From NCBI RefSeq assembly GCF_963921235.1, contig NC_086101.1, positions 9,550,001 through 9,614,000 on the forward strand: DNA of 64,000 nt, read 5' to 3'. Positions 49,601 to 62,082 of this stretch are shown here, one piece after another. Source of the DNA: Mobula hypostoma (taxonomy: Eukaryota). Numbering within the stretch: position 1 is the stretch's first letter; every line of letters begins with the position of its first letter. The notes beneath the pieces are model-generated. The model ran no database searches and was not told where the DNA came from. It was given only the letters and a program-made list of their open reading frames with translations. The position numbers were made by a program, and so were the translations under genes.

Positions 49601-50574
49601 TAATTAGCCAATTTAACAATTTGACCAGGATTGCACATACCACTCCAAAGCTTCCTTTCCCAGGAGAATGTCCTTTATTTATGCTGCTGAGTTTTAATCT
49701 CCTAATAATCTCCATTTTAATCTCTATTCTCCAGCAGTGCCATTATCTTCACTCAGTCAGGAAAGGAACCCAACTTGTCATAACCGCAGACACTGACACG
49801 GAGTAATGATGCTTTCGCAGGCGGGCAGCTGAAAGAAGATGGCAATCGCACACGTGAGAACATTCTGGCCATTCAGAGTTTCTTTGTAATTGTACTTAAC
49901 TCCCTTCCTGTTGTTCCAATTTTGTTTCAGTCTTGTTGAAAGCACAGCAATGACAGTGCTCCCTGCTACCTTAGTCCACGTTCTGGGAAAGATACGTGAA
50001 TTAGATAGCTGCTGTTAAAGGAGAGGCGTTAATTTAGTTTTAGGTTTCTGCTTTTGAGGCACAGTGATGGCTTTCGTGTTTAGTTAGTTTGAGAGGTTTT
50101 AGTTGGTCTCATGTTTATTATTTTCCTCTGTTCTGTCCAGTTGCTTTGAAAGCCCAGTGAACTCTTCTTTCCGTGTCTGTGTCCCCCCCTCCACCAACTG
50201 CAGCTTGGCCATCACTGAACTCCTGACACAATCTCTTCCTTCTTGGGTGACCGTTCCTTCCCAAAGCAAAGCTGTCAACGAGCTGAGAGGGCCTCTGTGG
50301 TGTGGCTCCAGCCCTCCTGCGAGTTGCATGAGCTGATGGAGGTTTCTGAACCTCAGGCTCAGTGGAACAGCGTGAGAGAATCTTTCCTAGCCTCGGGGAT
50401 AACTGGTTGATTTCAAACCTGCCATTCCTGTTGTACAAACCACCTCTGGTGATACCCTGTTGCATCAGCGGACAGGAGGGAAGATTGTGTTGCAATACTC
50501 TGTAAATTCCTTTGGGAATATTACTCACGGTAAGAATAAACAAGAGACTGGAGCACAAACGTGATGGCTCGAAG

Positions 50575-51530
50575 CAACATCATGAAGGATTCCACCCGCC
50601 CTGCTCTTTGTCCTACTCCCATCAGGAAAAAGGAAACGTAGCATCTACGCCAGGACCACCAGACTCAAAAACAGTTACTTTCCCCAAGTAGTAAGGCTGA
50701 TCAACCCCTCCACAACCCCAATCACCATTACATACACATGATCCAGCATCACCTTATGTGAGCAGTTCAAGGACCTTTATCTATGAAAGCATGTGCTGGC
50801 ATTGGAGTTAGTCCAGAGCAGGTTCATGAGAATGATTCCTTGAATGGAATGCTTAACATATGAGGAGCATTTGATGTCTCCTGGGCCTGTACTTGCTAGA
50901 GTTTAGAAGAACAAGGGGCGGATCTTATTGAAACCTATTGAGTATTTAAAGGCCTCAAAAGAGTGAATCTGGAGAGGTTGTTTCCTATAGTGGGGGAGTC
51001 TCGGACTAGAGGGCATGGCTTCAGAACAGAAGGGAATTGCTTTATAACAGAGATGAGGAGGAATTTGTTTATCCAGAGGGTGATGAATCTGTCGAATTCG
51101 TTGCCACAGGCGGTGTGGAGGCCATGTCATTGGGTATAATTAAATTAGAGGTTAATAGGTTTTTATTTAGTCAGTGCATCAAGGGTTATGGGGAGGAGTT
51201 GGGGGCAGGGAGAATGGGGTTGAGAGGGGTAATAAATTAGCCATGATCAAATGGCGGAGCAATTTTGATGGGTTGAATGGCTCATTCTGCTCCTGTGTGT
51301 TTTGATCTACATACAATCAGTCTATGTACAGTATGCAGCAGTTACTTGTACATTGTAACTTACACAATTTATTTTATATTTGTAGTTATTGTGCGTGTTA
51401 GTTTTTCTTATTGTGCCCTTTATGCTAATAGCGTTTTCTTTTATGCTGCATCGGATCCAAAGTAACAATCACTTCATTCTCCTTTACACTCCTGCACTGA
51501 AGAATGACAATGAGCTCTTTTGAATTTTGA
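50575..51530 (+). mobile_element. Rex1/Babar 3' end interrupted by a CR1 fragment (about 50775-51310)
   Basis: TTRLKNSYFP motif, then CR1 motifs, then the Rex 3' UTR resumes. Confidence 0.75.
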
Positions 51531-52059
51531 TATGGGTCTGGGTCACACACATGGCGGAGTGCCTGTGGGCAGGTTAGGTAGCATGTTTGTGAGACAGCAG
51601 GACATCACCCATGTGATAGCTACTGCCAGACAGTAAATGCCCTCAAGAAGGGTAGGACTGAAGTGCCTTCTCAATCATGCAAAAAAACAGGAAAATAGTG
51701 AGGTGGTGTTCATGGGTGGTGGGGTAGAGATGCCTCTCCACCAGAGGAGGTGCAAGATGCTCCTTCCCTCCGCTGGTCTGCAGGTCACCTTTGGGCAAGG
51801 TGTACCACCTGCTTCGCCCCCCTGATCAGGGGTCACATGAAGCCATGGGAGAAGGTGGTGGATGTTCGTTTGAGCAACTGGAAAGACAATGAATGCCTAC
51901 GTCACTTGCAGTGGCACATAACGAACGAACGAACGAGTGCTTGTGGGTTCACAGACCGTTCAGAAATTTGATGGCAGAGGAGAAGAAGCTGTTCCAAAAA
52001 TGTTGAGAGTGTGACTTCAGCCTCCTCTTCCTCCTCTGTGATGGTATGGAAAGAGGGCA

Positions 52060-53395
52060 TGTAGAACATAGAACACTGAAAACCTACAGCACAACACAGG
52101 CCCTTCGGCCCACAATGCTGTGCCACACAAGCACTTACTTTAGAAATTAACTAGGGTTGCCCATAGCCCTCCATTTTTCTAAGCTCCATGTACCTATCCA
52201 AGAGTCTCTTAAAAGACCCTATCATATCCACCTCCGCTACTGTCGCCGGCAGCCCATTCCACCCTCTGCGTAAAAAAACTTGCATCTGACATCTCCTCTG
52301 TACCTACTTCCAAGCACCTTCAAACTGTGCCCGCTCGTGTTAGCCATTTAAGTCTTGGGAAAAAGCCTCTTATTATCCACACGATCAATGCCTCTCATCA
52401 CCTAATTCACCTCTCATCCTCCACCACTCCAAGGAGAAAAGGCTGAGTTCATCCAACCTGTTCTTATAGGGCATGCTCCCCAATCCAGGCAACATCCTTG
52501 TCAATCTCTTCTGCATCCTTTCTATAGTTTCCACATCCTTCCTGTAGTGAGGTGACCAGAACTGAACACAGTACTCCAAGTGGGGACTGACCAGGGTCCT
52601 ATAAAGCTGTAACATTACCTTTGGCTGTTAAACTCAATCCCACGATTGATGAAGGCCAATACACCGTAGGACTTCTTAACCACAGAGTTGACCTGCACAG
52701 CAGCTTTAAGTGTCCTAAGGACTGGGACCCCAAGATCGCTCTGATCCTCCACACTGCCAAGAGTTTTACCATTAGTACTATATCCTGCCATCTTATTTGA
52801 CCTACCAAAATGAACCAACTCACTCTTATCTGGGTTGAACTCCATCTGCCACTTCTCAGCCCAGTTTTGCATCCTATCAATGTCCCGCTGTAATCTTCGG
52901 CAACCCTCCACACTATCCACAATACCCCCAACCTTTGTGTCATCAGCAAATTTATTAACCCATCCCTCCACTTCCTCATCCAGGTCATCTATAAAAATCA
53001 CGAAGAGTAGGGGTCCCAGAACAGATCCCTGAGGCACACCACTGGTCACCGACCTCCATGCAGAATATGACCCATCTACATCCACTCTTTGCTTCCTGTG
53101 GGCAAGCCAATTCTCGATCCAGAAAGCAAGGTCCCCTTGGATCCCATGCCTCCTTACTTTCTCAATAAGCCTTGCATGGGGTACCTTATCAAATGCCATA
53201 TACACTGCATCTACTGCTCTACCTTCATCAATGTGTTTAGTCACATCCTTAAAAAAACTCAATCAGGCTCGCAAGGCACCACCTGCCTTTGACAAAGCCA
53301 AGCTGACTGCTCCTAATCGTATTACGCCTCTCCAATTGTTCATAGATCTCAGGATCTTCTCCATCAACTTACCAACCACTGAAGTAAGACTCACT
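52060..53395 (-). mobile_element. CR1 RT region to 3' tail
   Basis: 215-aa ORF with AFDKVPH, GVPQGSVLGPLLF and FADDTK. Confidence 0.93.
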
Positions 53396-53789
53396 GTCCT
53401 GGATGGTGAGAATCCCCAGTGATGGACGCCATTTTCTTGAGACACCACCGCTTGACGAAATCCTCGATGGTGGGGAGGATGCTGGCCGTGCTGGAGATGG
53501 CTGATTCTGCGAAGCTCTGCAGCTTTCCCTGATCCTGTGCATTGGAGCCTCCATAGCAGGTGTGGGGGCCACGAGTCAGAACGCTCTCCACAGCACATCT
53601 GTAGAAATGCTAGCGTTTATAAGGTTATGAGAGGCATAAATAGAGGAGGCAGTCGGAACCTTTCTCCCAGGTTAGGGGTAGCAGGCACAAGAGAATATGC
53701 ACTTCGGGTGAGAGGGGGAATATTTAAACAGGATGTGTTGGGCAAGTTTTCTTTTTATGCAGAGTTCAAATTAAGATTTATTATCAAAG

Positions 53790-54645
53790 TATTGTGTTAA
53801 GAAGGCATATGGTGTGTTGGCATTCAGCAACCGTGGGATTGAGTTCAAGAACCGTGAAGTAATGTTACAGCTATGAGGCAGTGTGTGTGTCCTTGAGCAG
53901 AGTACTTAACCACACAATGCTCCAGTCTACCCAGCTGAAAATGGGTACCGGCAAAAATGCTGGGGGTTAACCTCGTGATAGACTGGCGTCCTATCCGGGG
54001 GGGGGGGGGGGTGGGATGGAGTCTCGTACTCTCAGTCGCTTCACACCACGGAAACTGGCATAAGCACCGGCCTGATGGGCCACAAGGCTCGGGACAGAAT
54101 TTAATCCAAAAATATAAGACTATGGTCAGACCCCACTTGGAGTACTGTGCTCAGTTCTGGTCACCTCACTACAGGAAGGATGTGGATACTACAGAGTGAG
54201 TGCAGAGATGTTGCCCGAGTTGGAGGGCATAACTTATGAGAATAGGTTGAGTGAACTTGACTTTTTCTCCTTGGAGCGACAAAGGATGAGAGGTGACCTG
54301 ATAGAGGTGTACAAGATGATGAGAGTTATTGCTCATGTGGATAGCCGGAGGCTTTTTCCCAGGGCTGAAATGGCTAGCACAATGGGGCATAGATTTAAGG
54401 TGCTTGGAAATAGGTACCGAGGGGATGTCAGGGCTAAGTTTTTCACACAGAGTGGTGGGTGCGTGGAATGCACTGCTGGCAGCGGTGTTGGAAGTGGATA
54501 CAATAGGGTCTTTTAAGAGCCTCTTAGGTAGGTACATGGAGCTCAGAAAAATAGAAGGCTATGTGCTAGGGAAATTCTAGGCAGTCTCCAGAGTAGGTTA
54601 CAATACTGTGGGCCAAAGGGCCTGTCGTGTGCTGTGAAATTTCTA
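53790..54645 (+). mobile_element. CR1 3' portion interrupted by a SINE
   Basis: VMLQL|YKTMVRPHLEYCAQFWSP split by the 53876-54110 insertion. Confidence 0.88.
53876..54105 (+). mobile_element. 5'-truncated SINE, MetaSINE-like core
   Basis: GTGTCCTTGAGCA..ACTTAACC..TACCCAGCTGAAAATGGGTACCGGC; head shared with the 23760 and 28968 SINEs, body different. Confidence 0.55.
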
Positions 54646-54894
54646 CCTACTCTGTATATGTCACCATGTACTACCTTGAAATTCATTTTCTTGCAGGCAT
54701 TTATCAGAAAGTAAAGAAATACAATAAAATTTCTGAAAACCATATGTAAACCAAGACTGACAAACAACCAGTGTGCAAAAGAAGACAGACTGTGAAGATA
54801 AATAAATAAACAAAATTACAATTTATTAAATAAATAATACAGACAACATGAGTTGAACGGTTCCTGAAAGTGAGTCTGTAGGGTTGTGGGATCA

Positions 54895-55290
54895 AATGTG
54901 GGAGCTAGGGCTTTACTCTTTGGAGAGAAGGAGGATGAGAGGAGACATGATAGAGGTGTACAAGATGCTAAGAGGAATAGATAGAGTGGATAGCCAGTGC
55001 CTCTTCCCCAGGGCACCACTGCTCAATACAAGAGGACATGGCTTTAAGGTAAGGAGTGGGAAGTTCAAGGGGGATATTAGAGGAAGGTTTTTTACTCAGG
55101 GAGTGGTTGGTGCGTGGAATGCACTGCCTGAGTCAGTGGTGGAGGCAGATACACTAGTGAAATTTAAGAGACTACTAGGCAGGTATATGGAGGAATTTAA
55201 GGTGGGGGCTTATATGGGAGGCAGGGTTTGAGGGTCAACACAACATTGTGGGCCGAAGGGCCTGTACTGTGCTGTGCTATGTTCTATGTT
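54895..55290 (+). mobile_element. CR1 ORF2 C-terminus and tail, nested in a minus-strand Rex fragment (54650-55715)
   Basis: 115-aa ORF ELGLYSLERRRMRGD..FFTQ..WNALP. Confidence 0.9.
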
Positions 55291-55411
55291 CAAATCGGAG
55301 TTGAGGTGAATGAAAACAACAGGAATTCTGCAGATGCTGGAAATTCAAGCAACATACATCAAAGTTGCTGGTGAACGCAGCAGGCCAAGCAGTATCTATA
55401 GGAAGAGGCGC

Positions 55412-55446
55412 AGTCGACGTTTCAGGCCGAGACCCTTCGTCAGGAC
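55412..55446 (-). ncRNA. Minimal hammerhead ribozyme motif in a 132-bp solo terminus
   Basis: gtc-CTGACGA-agggtctcggcct-GAAA-cgtc-gac; TGAATGAA duplicated at 55307-55314 and 55448-55455. Confidence 0.65.
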
Positions 55447-56458
55447 ATGAATGAAGTTCAGGTGCCTGATGCCTGTAGTATAATAACTGTTCCTGAACCC
55501 TGCTGGTGTGGGACCTGAGAGCTCTGCACCTCCTTCCTGATGGTAGCAGTGAGAAGAGACCATGGCCTAGATGGTGGGGGTCCCTGAAGATGGATGCTGC
55601 TTTCCTGTAGCAGTGCTTCTTGTAGATGTGCTCAGTGGTGGAGAGGGGTTTGCCTGTGATGGACTGGATGGCATCCCTCGCTTTCTGAAGGCTTTTCCTC
55701 TCCTGATCATTGATGTTTCTCCGGGCCAGGATAAAAGCAGGTCGGCAGGCACCTGCAACAATTTGCCTGGGGCGACAGTGGAAGCTGATACGGCAGTGCA
55801 TTTAAGAGGCTGTTAGGCAGACACATGAATATGCATGACTATGTGGAGGGGTGTGGACCATGTACAGAATGAAAAGTAGTTTATCCTTTTCCATAGATGC
55901 TGCCTGACCTGCTGTTCCTGCAGCATTTTGTGTGTGCTGCTTAAGATTTCCATCATCTTCTGAATCTTTTATGATTATCATCGTGGTCAGCACAGACTTT
56001 GTGGGCCGAAGGGCCTGTTCCTGTTCTGTGTTGTGTGATCTAGACCAACCTCTTCACTATCCTTATTCCCCCTCAAATACCCTCCAATGCCACATTGCTA
56101 TCTCTCTTGCCTTCTAACCCACTCCCTGAATCCCACTTCCATGCCTCCTTTTCCTCCTGCCTCTATTTCCCAATACCTGACACAATTTTACGGCCTGGAC
56201 CCTAGCCCTTCCCTCTCCTTTTCTTACGCTCTTTTCTCAGTGTCATTCACTTAATGTGAGGCCCTCTTCTCCAATCCCCTTCTGAAACATCTCCTCAAGC
56301 CCCGCTGTCTCCCTCCACTTCCCCTTGCCGAGCTCCCCTTGCACCCACCTTCCAACCTTGCCCCCGAGGGTTGTGAGGACCCTCACTGAGCAGCTCCCAC
56401 CCCTCACCAATGCTCCAGAATGGAGAGAACATCAGTGAGGGACAGATCGCCCTCTCAC

Positions 56459-56513
56459 CGTGGCAACCAATCAGAGAGCCGATTGTCACCCACCAATACA
56501 ACTCATATTTCAT
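56459..56513 (-). CDS. Candidate signal-peptide exon: MKYELYWWVTIGSLIGCH
   Basis: ATG at 56513, hydrophobic core, phase-1 donor ACG|gtgaga typical of leader exons. Confidence 0.4.
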
Positions 56514-57374
56514 CAATCGTCTGCATCACTTAAAAAGGAGATTTCGAACCCAGAATATTCTAAACACTAATAAAACAGTGCGCTCATTGCAGAGATAATT
56601 GCATCATGAACCTTTCCTCAATATCCACCTCAGCTCTCTTCAGCCACCCGTTTTGTTTAACATGAAGTCAACAATGAAGGACCTATTAGTCACGCACTAA
56701 AAATGTTCCATCTGGTGATTCACTGAGCTGTGGTCAGATCCTAGTGTTCTAAAGAACCAGTGGAGTTTACTTTTCTCATTTTTGATCCATGAATAGACTG
56801 AGAGCCTTGTCACCACTGGTGATCGTCTAACACACTCCTTCTCCCCAATGTATCCTTGCCAGGACTGACCGGCAGTGCAGCGATTATGGTGCAAGATCAG
56901 TAACCCTGAGGACCTCCTGTAACTACAGGAGTCCAAATCCTGAGCCAGGATATAACTTCTGGTTATAATCTTTTATTTGAAACGAAGTGTTATTAAAATA
57001 AAACCCAGGAGGTTTACACAATGTTCTCCTCGCGAGTGTACAGGTTTGTTCCAGGTGTTCGGCTTTCCTTCCACAGTCTAAAGATGTACCAATGAGTAGG
57101 TCACTTGGTCATTGTAAATTATTCTGTAATTAGGCTAGTGTTAAATATAGGCAAGTTGCTGGTCAGTGTGGCTTGTTGGACCAGAAAGGTCTGCTCGACA
57201 CGGGATCTCCTCGTAAATAAATATGTCTTAGTCCTGTCCCATAAACGCACTGCCAAGAAACTACCCCAGTGACTCTATTTCCTCAGAAGGCTAAGGAAAT
57301 TCAGTAGGTCTCCACTCATCCCTCACCAATGTTTACAGATTTGCCAGAGAAAGCATCCTACCTGGATGTGTTAC

Positions 57375-57990
57375 AAACAAGAGAGAAACAACAGATGCTG
57401 GAAATCCAGGTAACACACACAAAATACTGGAGGAACTCAGCAGGCCAGACAGCATTTATGAAAAATGTACAGTCGACGTTTCAGGCTGAGACCGTTCAGC
57501 AGGACTGGAGAAAGAAAGATGAGGAGTAGATTTAAAAGCAGGGGGCGGGGGGAAGGGAAGAGAGAAACATAAGCTGATAGGTGAAACCGGGAGGGTGAGG
57601 GATGAATTTAAGAGCTGGGAAGTTGATTGGCGAAAGAGGTACAGGGCTGGAGAAGGGGGAATCTGGTAGGTGGGGATAGAAGGCTATGGAATAAAGAAAA
57701 GGTGGGGAGGAGCACCAGAGGGAGGCAATGGGCAGGCATAAGAGAAGGAAAAGGGGATGGGCCTGGTGAAGGAGAGGGCAGGGATGGGGGAGCCATTACT
57801 GGAAGTTCGAGAAATCGATGTTCCTGCCATTAGGTTGGAGGCTACCCAGATGGAATATAAGGTGTTGTTCCTCCAACCTGAGTGTGGCCTCATCACGACA
57901 GTAGAGGAGGCTATGGATTAACATATCGGAATGGGAATGGGAAGTGGAATTAAAATCAGTGGCCACTGGGAGATCCTGCTTCTTCTGGTC
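57375..57990 (-). mobile_element. Penelope 3' portion
   Basis: VATDFNSTSHS...RLEEQHLIFHLGSLQP.G.N end of the GIY-YIG region, plus terminus. Confidence 0.85.
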
Positions 57991-58009
57991 TGCCAGAGAA
58001 TCCCTCCGG

Positions 58010-58340
58010 TGCTCCTCCATGATTGCTCTGACAAATTTTTCTACAGAAGTGGTTTGCCATTGACTTCTTCTGGGCAAGTGTCTTTACAAGATGGGTGACC
58101 CCAGCCATTATCAATACTCCTCAGAGATCATCTGCCTGGTGCCTGTGGCCACATAACCAGGACTTGTGATGTGCACCAGCTGCTCATATGACCACCCCCC
58201 CCCCCCACTGCTCCCATGGCTTCATGTGACCCCGATCGGGGGTTTAGTAGGTGCTACACCTTGTCCAAGGGTGACCTGCAGGCTAGCAGAGGGAAGCAGC
58301 ACCTTACACCTCCTTTGCCAGAGTCGTATCTCCACTCCAA
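58010..58340 (-). mobile_element. Non-coding interspersed repeat (partial copy at 51720-51870, plus strand)
   Basis: Reverse-complement similarity between the two loci. Confidence 0.6.
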
Positions 58341-58410
58341 CACCCAACTATTGGATATTTTATCTAGACCTTGATATTCAAAGTAGATTTCAATGAGATT
58401 CCCCTTTCAT

Positions 58411-58732
58411 CAATGTTCCCTTTAATTTGTAATGAGCAGTGTGTGCAAACATTTTGTGTTGTGCAATTTTTATTGCCCAGTGACAACGGCATGTGCGCAC
58501 TGAATAATTTCTTCAATAAAAACAGTATAAAGAAGCCAGTTCAAATCATTGCAAACTTCATGTTGTCAGCACCGTCTGCATCAGACACTGGAAACAGAAA
58601 TGTGATTGTGTACGATCGTGAACTAAGAGTTCCAACGAGGCAGAGGGCACCAACCTTTTGTGCACAGTTTAAATTCCTTTGTGCACGAGTAGCAAAAGTT
58701 ATGTGCGTGCACACACCTTTGAGGGAACATTG
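58411..58732. mobile_element. hAT-type MITE
   Basis: TIRs CAATGTTCCCT/AGGGAACATTG; 8-bp TSD CCTTTCAT/CCCTTCAT; interrupts a CR1 fragment. Confidence 0.85.
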
Positions 58733-58929
58733 CCCTTCATTCTTCTAATCTCAAGCAAGTACAGGCCCAGAGCCAAGAAACAGCTCTCCTAGGTTAACCC
58801 TTTCATTCCCAGGATCATTCTTGTGAATTTGCTCTGGACTCTCTCCAGTACAAGCACATCCATTCTTAGATACGGGGCATGAAACTTCTCAAGGTATTCC
58901 AAATGTGTTCTGACCAACGCCTTATAAAG

Positions 58930-60132
58930 CCATTGTCTACCTGCTGAACCGTGTCTACGCCCACCTGGACAAGCCAGCGAGCACTGTGAGGGTCATGTTT
59001 TTTGACTTCTCCAGTGCGTTCAACACCATCCACCCTGCTCTGCTGGGGGAGAAGCTGACAGCGATGCAAGTGGATGCTTTCCTAGTATCATGGATTCTTG
59101 ATTACCTGACTGGCAGACCACAGTACGTGTGCTTGCAACACTGTGTGTCCGACAGAGTGATCAGCAGCACTGGGGCTCCACAGGGGACTGTTTTGTCTCC
59201 CTTTCTCTTCACCATTTACACCTCAGACTTCAACTACTGCACAGAGTCTTGCCACCTTCAGAAGTTTTCTGATGACTGTGCCATAGTTGGATGCATCAGC
59301 AAGGGAGATGAGGCTGAGTACAGGGCTACGGTAGGAAACTTTGTCACATGGTGTGAGCAGAATTATCTGCAGCTTAATGTGAAAAAGACTAAGGAGCTGG
59401 TACGGACCTGAGGAGGGCTAAGGCACCAGTGACCCCTGTTTCCATCCAGGGGGTCAGTGTGGACATGGTGGAGGATTACAAATACCTGGGGATACGAATT
59501 GACAATAAACTGGACTGGTGAAAGAACACTGAGGCTGTCTACAAGAAGGGTCAGAGCCGTCTCTATTTCCTGAGGAGACTGAGGTCCTTTAACATCTGCC
59601 GGACGATGCTGACGATGTTCTACGAGTCTGTGGTGGCCAGTGCTATCATATTTGCTGTTGTGTGCTGGGGCAGCAGGCTGAGGGTAGCAGACACCAACAG
59701 AATCAGCAAACTCATTCGTAAGTCCAGTGATGTTGTAGGGATGGAACTGGACTCTCTGACGGTGGTGTCTGAAAAGAGGATGCTGTCCAAGTTGCATGCC
59801 ATCTTGGACAATGTCTCCCATCCACTACATAATGTACTGGGTGGGCACAGGAGTACATTCAGCCGGAGACTCATTCCACCGAGATGCAACACAGAGCGTC
59901 ATAGGAAGTCATTTCTGCCTGTGGCCATCAAACTTTACAACTCCTCCCTTGGAGGGTCAGATACCCCGAGCCAATAGGCTGGTCCTGGACTTATTTCCTG
60001 GCATAATTTACATATTATTATTTAATTATTTATTGCTTTATATGGCTATATTTATACTCTGCTCTTGGTTGGTGCAACTGTAACGAAACCAAATTTCCCT
60101 CGGGATCAATAATGTATGACTACGACTATGAC
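58930..60132 (+). mobile_element. Rex1/Babar LINE, RT to 3' end, lightly decayed
   Basis: FFDFSSAFNTI..GAPQGTVLSPFLF..KFSDD..LNVKKTKEL motifs; one frameshift and a stop; (TATGAC)n tail. Confidence 0.93.
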
Positions 60133-60299
60133 TTTGCTTTGCCTGCAATTCAACAACACACTTCCTTATCTACTGAAAACAGGCCCTTTACACAACTCCA
60201 GTGTTTATTACCTGCTCCTTGTAAAGTTGTAGCAAACTTTCCAACCATTTTTAATCACAGCTGTGCAACAAAGATCGGAATATCACGATCCATGCTAAA

Positions 60300-60740
60300 C
60301 ATAAAGTACAGATGCAATGCTGGCCTGTTAATCTACTCAAAGATCAATCTAACCATTCCCTCTCACACAACCCTTCATCCTTCTTTCACCCATGTGCCTA
60401 TCCACGATTCTCTTAAATGGCACTAATTCACCACCCCAGGCAGCACATTCCACACACCCACCTCTCTCTCCATGTAAAAGTCATACTTCTGATATCCCCC
60501 CTGCATATTCCTCCAATCACTTTGATATTATGCCCCTTCATATTAACCATTTCTGCTCTGGGAAAGAGTCACTGCTTATCCCTTCAATCTGTACCTTTTA
60601 CCATCTTATACACCTCGATCAATTCCCCTCTCATCCTCCTTCACACCAAAGAGATAAGCCCTAACTCACTCAACCTACCTTCATAAGAAATGCTCTCTAA
60701 TCAGGCAGCATCCTAGAAAATCCCCTCTGCACCCTCACAC
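60300..60740 (-). mobile_element. CR1 3' fragment
   Basis: RGELIEVYKM motif. Confidence 0.75.
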
Positions 60741-61154
60741 TCAGAGCAATATCACACATTGACGATTTGGATTAGTCGTCAGATGGAGAATGAAAACGAA
60801 AAGAGTCTGGCGTTTCTGTGAGGCTGTCCCAGTCCCTGCAAAGGATGGAGGGGAGGAATGAGGAGGATTAGTCACGTTGCCCCATGACATGGTATTTTTT
60901 TACGAATTTGGACCTGACTACCTACAGTTTCTCATTTTGATAGTTCAATCATTTTAATCACGTCAGCTGCCCAGACACCGATGACACAACATCTAAAAAT
61001 CATTATTATCTGAGCAATGCTGGTGTGACATGTTGTGCTGTCAACAATTAAAACCACAGGATGTGGCCCAGTTTCAGCAAGATGGCTGCTGTCAGCACAC
61101 AATGGGCTAGTGACTGTAGTGACTACACACTCTCTCCAATTACAGCAGAACTGA

Positions 61155-61590
61155 AGAGACCATAAGACTGAAGAGTAGAAGTAAGCCATTTGGCCAGTTG
61201 AGTCTACTCCATCAAGGCAGAGTTATAATCCCTCTCAACCTATTTCTCCTGCTTTCTCCATGTACTCTTTGACACCATGACTAATCAAGAAACTACCTGC
61301 CTCTGCTCCAAATATACCCTATGGCTCGGCCTCCACAACCATCTGTGGAAATGAATTCCACAGATTCTTCACCCTCCTCATCTATCTTCTAAATGGACAT
61401 CTCTCTATTCTGAGGCCGTGCCCTCTGGTTTTATACTCCCCCACGATAGGAAACAACTACTCTATTTAAGCCTTTCAATATTCAATAGGATTCAATGACA
61501 TCCCCCCTCATTCTTCTAAGCTCCAGCGTGTACAGGCCCAGAGCCAACAAATACAACCCTTTCATTCCAGGAATTATCCCTGTGAATGTG
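61155..61590 (-). mobile_element. CR1 3' fragment
   Basis: LGLYTLELRRMRGD motif and tail. Confidence 0.8.
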
Positions 61591-62082
61591 AAGAGACCGG
61601 GCCAAGTGTTATAACCAACACAAAGTGGAGACTCCTGGTCCCCACACGTTGATGGAATAAAGAAGCAAAACACCAGTCACTATATCTCATCAACAGCTTG
61701 AGGTGACTTGGCATGTCACTGCATACGATTACAAATTCCTACAGATGTATGATGTAGTCCACTCTGACTGACATGGCGGCTCCAATGAATAGGTGTGCAC
61801 GAGGCTACTGGGGGTTGAAGACACTTCCAGCTGCATCACAGTCTTAACTCAGACCAGCACTGAGCACAACTTCAAAAGAGGCATCCATCACAAAGAACCC
61901 TCGCCACCTGCGGGGCCCCCTTCTCATTAATTCCATCAGGGAAGGAGTACAGAAGCCTGAATATCCACCCTCAAGGATTCAGGAACAGCTTCTTCCCAGC
62001 TGCCATCAGATTTCTGAATAGTCTACGAACCAATTGACACTGCCTCCTTTTGATTGCACTATTTGTTCTTGTAATTAATACA

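Noticed and set aside
50118..50558. 146-aa minus-strand ORF in unique sequence
   Set aside because: Non-ATG start, no recognisable domain, no convincing splice pair.
52615..53262. RT ORFs as active elements or host genes (also 58986-59977)
   Set aside because: 5'-truncated LINE copies with frameshifts and stops.
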